64,000 nt of DNA from an uncultured Gemmatimonadales bacterium. Its GTDB lineage: Bacteria > Gemmatimonadota > Gemmatimonadetes > Longimicrobiales > Longimicrobiaceae. Positions 27,399 through 35,965 of this stretch are shown here, piece after piece. Made by a program: the position numbers and the translations under genes. Numbering within the stretch: the stretch's first letter is position 1; the number at the start of each line of letters is the position of its first letter. The notes beneath the pieces were generated by a model. That model saw only the letters and a program-made list of their open reading frames with translations, made no database searches and was not told where the DNA came from. Location of the stretch: positions 384,001-448,000 of the forward strand of contig OY970303.1 in NCBI GenBank assembly GCA_963716255.1, written 5' to 3'.

Positions 27399-28271
27399 AT
27401 GCACCCCACCCGTGGCGTGTCGTCGTTCCGGCTGTACCCCGCCGTACTCGCTTCCCTGGCCGCGCTGCTCGCCGCGTGCGCCCCGGACCAGACGGTCCCC
27501 ACCGCCCCGGCCGCGCCGGAGGCACCCGCCTTCTACACCTACCCCAGCGCCATCTACCGCAGCCACGTGGAGTTCGGCACCCCGTACGACGCGAACTCGA
27601 GCAACGACCTGATCCTGTCCAAGCGCACCTTCACCTCGTCGCACAACTGCGCCGAGGGCGGGCCCAACTGGGTGTCGTACAACCTCAACAAGACGCACTA
27701 CGGCGACGCGGCGCGCTCCACCAGCTTCTACTCCGACGCCAGCCTCCCCGGCACCTGCTACCACGTCGTCACGTCCGACTACACCAACTCCGGCTACTCC
27801 CGCGGCCACATGGCGCGCAGCGAGGAGCGCACCTGGTCCGTGGACGACAACAAGCAGACGTTCCTGATGACCAACATCCTCCCGCAGTACCAGGACCTGA
27901 ACGGGGGGCCGTGGTACAAGTTCGAGCAGTACCTCCAGGACCTGGCGCAGAACCAGAACAAGGAGATCTACGTCATCTCCGGCGGCACCGGGAACCGGGG
28001 AACGCTGAACGGGGCCGGCAAGGTGGTGATTCCCACCTACACCTGGAAGATCGCCGTGGTCATGCCGTACGGTCAGGGGCTCGCCAACGCCACCTCCACC
28101 GGCAGCCTGCAGGTGATCGCGGTGGACATGCCCAACGTCACCGGCATCGCCGCGCGGCCGTGGACCGACTACAAGACCACCGTCGACCAGCTGGAAACCT
28201 TCTCCGGGTACAACTTCCTCGACCGGCTCCCCGACAGCATCGAGACGTACTGGGAGAGCCGGGTGTTCTGA
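27399..28271 (+). CDS. Secreted/lipoprotein DNA/RNA non-specific endonuclease (NucA-like)
   Basis: Lipobox LAAC, PNWVSY, YSRGHM, TFLMTNILPQ...LNGGPW, IPTYTWKI. Confidence 0.9.
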   Translation: MHPTRGVSSFRLYPAVLASLAALLAACAPDQTVPTAPAAPEAPAFYTYPSAIYRSHVEFGTPYDANSSNDLILSKRTFTSSHNCAEGGPNWVSYNLNKTHYGDAARSTSFYSDASLPGTCYHVVTSDYTNSGYSRGHMARSEERTWSVDDNKQTFLMTNILPQYQDLNGGPWYKFEQYLQDLAQNQNKEIYVISGGTGNRGTLNGAGKVVIPTYTWKIAVVMPYGQGLANATSTGSLQVIAVDMPNVTGIAARPWTDYKTTVDQLETFSGYNFLDRLPDSIETYWESRVF

Positions 28272-28304
28272 CCTTTTCTCAAGGCTTTCAACGGCTTTGA
28301 ACGG

Positions 28305-28442
28305 CGGGTCTGGGCGTGTCCCCGGCTGGCGCCGGGGTCGGGCTTCGGCTCCGTAAGCCCGCAAACAACGCGGGCTAACGGAGTCGAGCCCCCGCAAACT
28401 GCAGCGGGGTCTCGCCCCTTCGGGCCGGAATCCCTCACGCGG
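28305..28442 (-). repeat. R1 copy 2
   Basis: Reverse-complement match to copy 1. Confidence 0.9.
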
Positions 28443-28450
28443 GGCTCGCG

Positions 28451-28528
28451 CTGGCGTCCGCATGGGGCCCCCTACCCGGCTCGCTTGAGGCTCGCCGCCC
28501 TCCCCCGATCCTGGGGGAGGGCTTCCTG
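28451..28528. repeat. Intergenic palindromic repeat, also found in-frame at 4733-4810
   Basis: CTGGCGTCCGC...CCCGGCTCGCTTGAGGCTCGCCGCCCTCCCCCGATCCTGGGGGAGGGCTTCCTG. Confidence 0.8.
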
Positions 28529-28864
28529 TCGTTCCGGGATCTGCGCAGGGAGGTCGGGGGAGGGTCCGCAGGCGGTGCGTTTGTTCGAAGCCAGCGTGAT
28601 CCTGCCCGTACTCGGAGGGTGGGCGAGTGCTCTTGCGAGTCCCTTCGGGTATCGCACCGCCGGAGGAGCGCTCACCCGGCCGACCCCAAACCGGGATCCT
28701 GCCGTAGCGGACCGCCCGCCCCGTAGTCCCACAGGATCTGGACAGGAGCGCAGAATCCGTAGACGACGGCAGGAAACCTTTCGATTACTGGCGGGAACAG
28801 TGCGGATCGGGTATCTTGTGCACACTCCCACGTCCACGAAACACCTCGTCACCCCGGAACCGAA

Positions 28865-29092
28865 ATGAAGAATCCGCGCGCGCTCACAGCGCTGGCACTC
28901 GTCGCGATGGCCGTGAGTGCCTGCGCCGACGGGGGCGCTGCCGGCCCCACCGCGCCCGAGGGGCCCCGCTACAACGGCGGTCTGTACGGGTCCGGGGGAA
29001 AGAGCGACGGCACGGGGACGGTGACCGGGTCCGAGGTGGCTCCGGGCTACGGCGGGGTGAGAGGGGGAGAGACGGCGGGCGGCACGGTCTGA
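28865..29092 (+). CDS. Small Gly-rich lipoprotein/propeptide (75 aa)
   Basis: MKNPRALTALALVAMAVSA-C signal/lipobox, then RYNGGLYGSGG. Confidence 0.7.
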   Translation: MKNPRALTALALVAMAVSACADGGAAGPTAPEGPRYNGGLYGSGGKSDGTGTVTGSEVAPGYGGVRGGETAGGTV

Positions 29093-30486
29093 CGCGCTCC
29101 CGGGAGGCGCACGCGCACGGGAACGGACAGGGCGGCGACGGGCTTTCCGCGCGCATCGCCGGGGTCCGGGAGCTTGGCCTCCGCCATGCCGGAGGCGGCG
29201 GACCACTTGCGCAGCCGCGTCAGGAAGCGCGCGGTCAGCTCCCGCACGCGGGGCCCGTCCGGGGGCCTGCGCTCCACGGGCCCCGGGTCGCGGACGGGAA
29301 CCCCCTCCAGGATGGCGCGGGCGCCGCACTGCGGCTCCGCCTCCTCGCGTCGGACGGCCACTTCCAGCGCGCGCAGGGCGGTCGTCTCCGCCCTCTCCCA
29401 CTCGCCGAAGCGGCGCGCCCCGTCGGCCACGTGGACCAGCGCGGCCGCCGCCCCCTCCTCCGTGGCCGCGGCCAGCCGCATCACCTCCCCGGCGGCGGCC
29501 TCGTACCCCTCCCGGTCGGCGATCCCGGCGCAGGCGCGCGCCAGGCTCCCCAGGATGGGGAGGCGCCGGTGCGGCGCGATGTGCGGCAGGGTGGCGCACA
29601 GCAGCACATGGGCGCCGGAGAAGAAGCCCTCCCGGTTCAGCAGCCAGGCGTAGTCGTGGGCCAGGAAGGGGACGCCGGGGTGCCGCACCGGGTACAGGTC
29701 CAGCGCCTGCCAGACGTGGTCCTCTGCCTCCTCGTACGTCCCCACCTCGCACGCCACGGTGAACAGGTCGTGCTGCGCCTGCCCCGCCAGCGCGCGCCGG
29801 CCCGTGCGCGCCGCCATGCGCGAGGCAAGCACGTACAGCCCGCGCGCCTGCTCGTAGTCGCCCAGGTGGAACATCAGGAACCCCAGGCGCAGGTGCCCCC
29901 GGATGTACCACACCCGGTCCATGGCGCGGCGCGCCAGCACCACCGCGCGCTGGAGCCACACCACCGCGCGGTCCACCGCCGCCACCCGCGTGCAGAACTG
30001 CCCCGCCGCCGCAGCGGCCCCGGGGTCGCGCGGGCGGGCCGCCGCGGCGGCCTCCGCGAACTGGAGGGCGGTCTCCAGCTTCCCCTGCCCTTCCGCCCAC
30101 TCCGCCACCGCCAGGCACGCCGCGGACACGGCGGAGGGGCGGGCGCGCTCCGGGTGGCGGACCATCGCCGCGAGCGTGGCGAGCGGGGCCCGCAGCTCCG
30201 GCGCCTGCTCCACCGCCCGGGCGAGCTGCTCCCGCGCCCGCCCGGAGGGCGGCATGAACAGCCCGGGGCGCCGGTCCCTGCGCGTGGACGCCCACAGCTT
30301 CACCGCGCGGACGCGCTTCCACAGCACCACCCCGAGCACGTCCTCCACCTCGCCGCAGAAGTCGAAGGTGTGCCGCTGTCCCGCCGGGGGGAGCGGCACC
30401 TTGGGGCGGCCGCGCCCGCGGACCCGGCGCGCCGGGTCCGCGGGGCCGTCCTGGTCTCCCTGGGTGCGGCCGGCGGGATCGCTCAT
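29047..30486 (-). CDS. TPR-like helical repeat protein
   Basis: ATG at 30486 after GAGAG. Helical repeats such as LGFLMFHLGDYEQARGLY and EVGTYEEAEDHVWQALDLY. Confidence 0.75.
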   Translation of the reverse strand: MSDPAGRTQGDQDGPADPARRVRGRGRPKVPLPPAGQRHTFDFCGEVEDVLGVVLWKRVRAVKLWASTRRDRRPGLFMPPSGRAREQLARAVEQAPELRAPLATLAAMVRHPERARPSAVSAACLAVAEWAEGQGKLETALQFAEAAAAARPRDPGAAAAAGQFCTRVAAVDRAVVWLQRAVVLARRAMDRVWYIRGHLRLGFLMFHLGDYEQARGLYVLASRMAARTGRRALAGQAQHDLFTVACEVGTYEEAEDHVWQALDLYPVRHPGVPFLAHDYAWLLNREGFFSGAHVLLCATLPHIAPHRRLPILGSLARACAGIADREGYEAAAGEVMRLAAATEEGAAAALVHVADGARRFGEWERAETTALRALEVAVRREEAEPQCGARAILEGVPVRDPGPVERRPPDGPRVRELTARFLTRLRKWSAASGMAEAKLPDPGDARGKPVAALSVPVRVRLPGARQTVPPAVSPPLTPP

Positions 30487-30673
30487 CGCTCTCGGTGGAG
30501 GGAAGCGAAAACGGCACTGCGCGGGGGGACCAGCCCTGGACCATCCCGTCACCAGCCACTCATCAGCTACGATAGGCTCCTTTGGAGCTTGCGACTAGTA
30601 GCGGCCTCCGGCGGCAAATAATCGCCGGCGGCGCCTTTTCACCGCAGCCCGGGAGACGACCGCCTCGCGCGGT

Positions 30674-32764
30674 TCAGAAGCGCTCCCTCGCTTCCAGGTT
30701 CGCTTCCACTTCCGCCCGCGTGCGCCACACGGGGCGCAGCTCCTTGCGCGCGAAGAGCGGGAGCTGGTCGACGCGGTGGGGAGAGCTCGGCTGCGACGCG
30801 TTCCCGTAGCTCAGGAGCGCCTTCGCGCGCACGGGGCGCCCGAACTCGACGGCGGCCACGAACGAGTCGCCCCCGCCGGCGACGAAGCGGCCGTCCGGCC
30901 GCGGCTCCGACCAGAGCGCCCGGAAGACCCCGGCCTCGTCCGGGCCCCCGTTCGCGGGGAGGTCCAGGCTGTCCAGCCGCAGGCGGTTCACCTCGCCCCA
31001 GGGGACGTCCAGCGCGCCGTACGACCCGCGCACCAGCGCCGCGGCGGCCTCCAGCGCCGCCACCGCGGCGGCCGGATCGGCAAGGCCGTCGGGGGTGGCG
31101 AGAGGCGCCGAGGGGCTCCACCCGGTGGCGAACGACATGCCGCCGCTCCGCTCCATCATGGTCCGCACCCAGGCCAGGAAGAGCACGGCGCCCCGGCTCT
31201 CCGCGTCCGCGTCGTGGTTCCACCGCTCCAGGACCGCGGCGGCTTCCCGCGCCGCGGGGGTGCCGTGATCCCGCACGGCGGCCAGCAGGTCGTCCAGCAC
31301 CCGGTCGGCCAGCTCCATCCGGGTGGAGTGCTTGTAGGCGACCATCTCGTCCAGCGAGATGCTGGAGTCGGCCATGACCAGCCGGGCCGAGCGCTGCGGC
31401 CGGAACGCCATTCCCACCGGCGCCATGTACGCCGGGAAGGACTCCGGGCGGAGCGGCGACGGGAAGGTGGTGGTCCAGGGCGGATCGTTGGCGTTCTGCA
31501 GCCAGCCGCTGGGGGGATCGAGCACCCGCGGCAGGTCGCCGTAGGCGTGGGTGCGGGTCCACAGCGTCGCCGAGGTGTCCCCCCGTACGACCCCCTGCCA
31601 GAACCTCCAGTCGCCGCGGGAGCGAACGGGAACCCGCCCGTTGAACACGTGCAGGATGTGCCCGTCCCGGTCGGCGTACATGACGGTGAACATCGGCATC
31701 TGCAGGCGCCGCACCGCGCGCTCGAACTCCCCCAGGTCGCGGGCGCGCGCCATCTGCCAGTACTGGTCCGCCAGGAAGGGCTGGTCCAGCCCCACCACCC
31801 GGTAGGCGAGCGCGACTCCGCCGCGCTCGCCCAGCACCGGGCCGTGCACCGAAGCGCGCACGAGGAGCGTGTCGTCGCGCAGGCTCCCGTCGTCGCGGCG
31901 AACCCGGATCACCTCGCGGCGCGTCTCGAACGGGCGCACCCCCCCGTTCCAGCGGTACCCGCCCTCGGCCAGGGTCAGGCCGTACACGTCGGCTCCGTCC
32001 AGGGTGTTCACCGTGTGCGTCCACCCCAGGTGGTCGTTGAAGCCGATGCCGATGAAGGGGAAGCCCACCAGCGCCGCCCCGTACACGTCCACGCCGGGCC
32101 CCGCGAGCTGCGCCTCGTACCAGGTGAAGATGTCTCCCCAGGGGAGGTGCGGGTTGGCGAGGAGCATCGCGTTTCCGCCGGCGGAGCGCGACGGGGCCAC
32201 CGCCCACGCGTTGGAGCCCGCCCGGGCGCCCAGGATCCCCGCCGCGACCGCGCGCGGGTCGCCCAGGAAGTTGAAGTGGATGACGCGCTGCATGTGGGCG
32301 AGGACGTCCTCGCCCGTGACGGGAAGCACGGCCTCGTAGCGGTCGGCGATGCGGTCGGCGTGCGCCGCGGCGTAGGCGTTGATCCCCGCGGCGAAGGCGT
32401 CCAGCCGGCGGCGCCCCTCCGGGGTCTGCGCGCGGTACCACTCCCGCGCGCGCCCGGGAATCCCCATCCTGCGGGCGGAGCGGTCGGACTCCAGGAAGCG
32501 CTCCCCCCAGTACTCGGCGCCGCGCCCCCGCGCCTGCCCGTACATGCGCAGGAGAAGATCGCCGTGGCTCCGGGCCTGCGCCCACCCGAAGGCGCGCGAG
32601 ATCGCCTCCTCGTCGGCCCCGTACACGTGGGGAACGCCCCAGCGGTCCCACAGGATCTCGGCCCGGGGCGGCGGACCGGCGGGCGCCGACTGCGCGGCCG
32701 CCGCGGCGGCGGACACGTACGCCAGGAGGGAGACGAGCAGGAGCGTTCGCCGCGAGGATCGCAT
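30674..32764 (-). CDS. Penicillin acylase / PvdQ-like Ntn hydrolase, secreted
   Basis: Signal peptide, WDRWGVPHVY, GSNAWAV, LLANPHLPW, HTVN. Confidence 0.92.
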   Translation of the reverse strand: MRSSRRTLLLVSLLAYVSAAAAAAQSAPAGPPPRAEILWDRWGVPHVYGADEEAISRAFGWAQARSHGDLLLRMYGQARGRGAEYWGERFLESDRSARRMGIPGRAREWYRAQTPEGRRRLDAFAAGINAYAAAHADRIADRYEAVLPVTGEDVLAHMQRVIHFNFLGDPRAVAAGILGARAGSNAWAVAPSRSAGGNAMLLANPHLPWGDIFTWYEAQLAGPGVDVYGAALVGFPFIGIGFNDHLGWTHTVNTLDGADVYGLTLAEGGYRWNGGVRPFETRREVIRVRRDDGSLRDDTLLVRASVHGPVLGERGGVALAYRVVGLDQPFLADQYWQMARARDLGEFERAVRRLQMPMFTVMYADRDGHILHVFNGRVPVRSRGDWRFWQGVVRGDTSATLWTRTHAYGDLPRVLDPPSGWLQNANDPPWTTTFPSPLRPESFPAYMAPVGMAFRPQRSARLVMADSSISLDEMVAYKHSTRMELADRVLDDLLAAVRDHGTPAAREAAAVLERWNHDADAESRGAVLFLAWVRTMMERSGGMSFATGWSPSAPLATPDGLADPAAAVAALEAAAALVRGSYGALDVPWGEVNRLRLDSLDLPANGGPDEAGVFRALWSEPRPDGRFVAGGGDSFVAAVEFGRPVRAKALLSYGNASQPSSPHRVDQLPLFARKELRPVWRTRAEVEANLEARERF

Positions 32765-32965
32765 GGGACCGTAGCCGATGGATGGAAGCCGCGCAGGGGA
32801 AGGCAGGCCGGACGAGGCCGACTCATCACGATAACCGCCCTCCATTTCGCGCGCAACTGTTGTCGCGAACAATGCGCATCATGCCGACGGCCGGCCGACA
32901 TGCGCGTGGAGCGCCGGACCGAGTGGAGCGAAATGCCGGTCGAGCGCCTCGGCGGCGGAAGTCAC

Positions 32966-33009
32966 GGAAAGCGAAATCCCCAGGGCGCGCTCTTGCGGCG
33001 CCCTGGGGA
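32966..33009 (-). terminator. Intrinsic terminator after tRNA-Lys
   Basis: TCCCCAGGGCGC...GCGCCCTGGGGA stem followed by TTTCGCTTT on the minus strand. Confidence 0.7.
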
Positions 33010-33012
33010 CAA

Positions 33013-33085
33013 TGGGTCGGGTGGGGCTCGAACCCACGACCATCGGATTAAAAGTCCGGTGCTCTACCAGCTGAGCTACCGACCC
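33013..33085 (-). tRNA. tRNA-Lys(UUU), CCA not encoded
   Basis: GGGTCGGTAGCTCAGCTGGTAGAGCACCGGACTTTTAATCCGATGGTCGTGGGTTCGAGCCCCACCCGACCCA cloverleaf, anticodon TTT. Confidence 0.97.
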
Positions 33086-33136
33086 ACTGCTTCACCGCGG
33101 ACGCCCGGCCAGGCCGCCGGCGCGGCGCAAGCCGCA

Positions 33137-33165
33137 AAGATAACGACTCGCCCCCGGCGCCTCAA
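33137..33165 (-). promoter_or_regulatory. Putative tRNA promoter
   Basis: TTGAGG-17 nt-TATCTT followed by a GC-rich discriminator. Confidence 0.55.
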
Positions 33166-33183
33166 CCACGCGGGAACCAAACA

Positions 33184-33218
33184 CGCGGGGCGGTCCGGCT
33201 TTGCCGGACCGCCCCGCG
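33184..33218 (-). terminator. Perfect 16-bp hairpin, probable terminator
   Basis: CGCGGGGCGGTCCGGC-TTT-GCCGGACCGCCCCGCG, followed by TGTTTGGTT on the minus strand. Confidence 0.55.
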
Positions 33219-33243
33219 CTACTTGCGCATCACATCGGGAGCT

Positions 33244-33377
33244 GCGTGAGGGATTTCGGCCCGGAGGGGCGAGACCCCGCGGGCAGTTTCGCGGGGGCTC
33301 GACTCCGTTGGGCTGCGTTGTTTGCAGCCCTACGGAGCCGAAGCCCGACCCCGGCGCCAGCCGGGGGCACGCCCAAC
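33244..33377 (+). repeat. R1 copy 3
   Basis: Match to copy 1. Confidence 0.9.
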
Positions 33378-33400
33378 TCAGCCGTAGCCGTTCAATGCCG

Positions 33401-33961
33401 TCACAGCGGCCGGATGAACACGTGGGTCCAGCGCCCCTCGTACACGCCCACCCCGTGGTGGGTGAGCGCGCAGTTCTCGATGTTCCTGCGGTGCGGCGCG
33501 CTGTTCATCCAGCTGCGGTACGCCTCCGACGCCGACGACTGACCCCACGCGATGTTCTCGCCGCCGGTGCTGTAGCGGATCCCCGCCGCGGCCAGCCGCG
33601 CCCACGGGTCCTGGCCGTCCGGGTTGGTGTGCGAGAAGAAGGAGCGCACCGCCATGTCGCGGCTGTGCCGGGCCGCCACCTCGGCCACGCGCGCGTCCCA
33701 CACCAGCGCGGGGCAGCCGATGGACGCGCGGTGCGCGTTGACCAGCGACGTGAACTCCTGCTCGGCGGACGCGGAGGCGGAGCCGTCCGGCGCGGGCCCC
33801 GTGGGCGGCGCCTCGCACGCGGCGACCGCGATGGCGAGCGCGAGCGCGGCCCAGCCGCGGAGGCGGCGGGAGGAGCGGCGAGCCGGAGTGTCGGGGGTGG
33901 CGGCGGCGAGCGGGGCGGACGGACGGACGGCGCGGGGACCGGCGAGCGGAAGGTTCCTCAT
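33401..33961 (-). CDS. CAP/SCP-domain lipoprotein
   Basis: Lipobox VAAC, VNAHR, HSRDM...FFSHTNPDG, GENIA, WMNSAPHRRNI. Confidence 0.88.
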   Translation of the reverse strand: MRNLPLAGPRAVRPSAPLAAATPDTPARRSSRRLRGWAALALAIAVAACEAPPTGPAPDGSASASAEQEFTSLVNAHRASIGCPALVWDARVAEVAARHSRDMAVRSFFSHTNPDGQDPWARLAAAGIRYSTGGENIAWGQSSASEAYRSWMNSAPHRRNIENCALTHHGVGVYEGRWTHVFIRPL

Positions 33962-34211
33962 GGGGGATTCCTCTTCGGCGGCTCGACTGGCGTGGCGGAC
34001 GCGGGTGCGTCCACGGTAGCCTCGAAGCTTTGCGTCCCCGCCTTTCGACGGGTTTGCCGTTGTCGGAGGTGCTCCGGCCCCCCTGTGGGCCAGGGCTGGG
34101 TGGTCCGGCACGGGCGGGCGCCCGCGGACCGTTTTCGAACGTTGAAAAAAGATTGCGCCACCGACCCGAATCGGTCAACCCCCCGGCGGGGGACCGGCCT
34201 CTCGCCGGAGA

Positions 34212-34350
34212 CCCGCGTGAGGGATTCCGGCCCGAAGGGGCGAGACCCGGCGGCCGTTTGCCGGGGCTCGACTCCGTTGCAAACGGTAGTATCGTTTGCT
34301 ACGGAGCCGAAGCCCGACCCCGGCGCCAGCCGGGGGCACGCCCGAACCCG
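34212..34350 (+). repeat. R1 copy 4
   Basis: Match to copy 1. Confidence 0.9.
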
Positions 34351-34360
34351 CCGGAATCCG

Positions 34361-35800
34361 TCAATCGGCAAGCTCCAGCAGCGCGCCGACCTCCGCCCCC
34401 TGGCGCGTGTTCACCACCCCCCGCCCCCCACCCTGCGGCTGCATCCGCATCAGCGCCCCGCCGAACCGGCTCCCGAAGGCGAACAGCCCCCAGACGACGT
34501 CGTACGGCGCCACCCCCGACGCCCCGCTCTGGCGCGTGTACGGCACCGTCTCCAGGTACTCCTGCACCACCCAGTCGTTCTCGCGCAGCGCCCGCTCCAC
34601 CCCCTCCCGCCACTCCTCGTCGGTGCGGAACCGGCCTATGTGCACCTGGCTGCCCCCCAGCGCGGTGGCCTTCTTGAGCACGAACTCCGCGCGGCGCTCC
34701 ACCACGTCTTCCGGGATGCGCAGCGGTGCCCCGCGGAACACGCTGTCGGCCGGGAGGAGGCGGCGGGTCCAGGGAACGTGCTTCTCGATCAGGTCGCGCT
34801 CCGCCCGGGTGTACTCGCCGGACCCGGCGTTCTCGGAGATCAGGGCGAGGTTGCGCTTGTCCAGCAGGAGCGCGGTGACGGGCCCGCTGAACAGGTTGAT
34901 GCGCCCCTGCTTGAAGTGCCGGATCACCAGCTGCATGTCGCTGACGCCGCCGTGCTGCTCCACCGCGGTGTGCACCGGGACGCCGTCGAGGTTGAGCACG
35001 CCGTCGGTTTCCACCAGGTCCTCCGGCGCGCACAGGAGCACCCGCCCGACGGTGGGCCGGCCGTCCTCGGCCATGGCGCGGTCCATCTCCCGCTGGTACA
35101 GCTCCGGGTCGTGCAGCGCCACCTGGTCGTCGTAGTGCGGCCGCACCATCATGGCCACGTTGAACTCGCCTTCCTTCCAGGCGCCCATGCGGGCCGTGTC
35201 GTCCAGCAGGTGCCGGAAGAGGGCCCCCAGCGTGCGGGGCGGGCGCACGGCGATCCCCCGCTCCTCCAGGAAGCGGCGGAGCTCCGGGGAGCTGCGGTAC
35301 AGCTCGCCCACCCCGTGGGAGGAGAGCCCGCCCAGGAAGCTGCCAGCGTTGAACTCGATGCACTTGAGCCCGTCCGCCGTCTCGATGTAGTCGGCGCGGG
35401 AAAGGGCGCCCTCGATCCCGGTGGGCTCCTGGAGGACGAGGTCGAGCTGCTCCGGGTCCATCTCCAGGGCGATGATCTCGGACGGGTCCATCTCCTCCAG
35501 GGCGTTGGAGCGGTAGTACTCGCTCACCGCCGCCGGGCCGCCGCGGAGGAAGCGGAGAAGCGTGCTCTTGACCAGCCGGTCGATGCCGAGCGCCACCTCC
35601 CCCATCTCGCGCGCCTGCTCCGGCCCGATGAAGATGGGCCAGGGCTGGAGGGTGAACTTGCGGTAGACGGGGTCGGCGCCGAGCGAGGGGAAGGTGGCCC
35701 GCTCCAGGTACTCCGGGTTGCGCCTCACGAACTCCATGAAGTCGCGGTTGACCTCCGACCACCGCGTGTGGACCGGGCTCGCTTCGGCCTGGGAAGGCAT
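34361..35800 (-). CDS. Circularly permuted ATP-grasp / glutathionylspermidine synthase-like ligase
   Basis: SRADY...KCIEFNA, DKRNLALIS, HVPWTR, FVLKK...GG..V.IG, WVVQEY. Confidence 0.7.
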   Translation of the reverse strand: MPSQAEASPVHTRWSEVNRDFMEFVRRNPEYLERATFPSLGADPVYRKFTLQPWPIFIGPEQAREMGEVALGIDRLVKSTLLRFLRGGPAAVSEYYRSNALEEMDPSEIIALEMDPEQLDLVLQEPTGIEGALSRADYIETADGLKCIEFNAGSFLGGLSSHGVGELYRSSPELRRFLEERGIAVRPPRTLGALFRHLLDDTARMGAWKEGEFNVAMMVRPHYDDQVALHDPELYQREMDRAMAEDGRPTVGRVLLCAPEDLVETDGVLNLDGVPVHTAVEQHGGVSDMQLVIRHFKQGRINLFSGPVTALLLDKRNLALISENAGSGEYTRAERDLIEKHVPWTRRLLPADSVFRGAPLRIPEDVVERRAEFVLKKATALGGSQVHIGRFRTDEEWREGVERALRENDWVVQEYLETVPYTRQSGASGVAPYDVVWGLFAFGSRFGGALMRMQPQGGGRGVVNTRQGAEVGALLELAD

Positions 35801-35965
35801 CTGGGGATCTCGGGGCTGGATGGTGCGGACGGGCGCGCGGACGGTCCCGCGCCACCCGGGGTGGTGCCGGCAAGTATACTACGGCGCGGGCGGGCTCCGC
35901 GCACGGGGCCCGCCCTTCCGGGCGCGGCGGGCCGCCGCGGAGCGCCCGCGGCGGCCCGGGGCCGG

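Noticed and set aside
33013..33085. tRNA-Lys as an integration site
   Set aside because: No duplicated tRNA 3' end and no integrase seen in the window.
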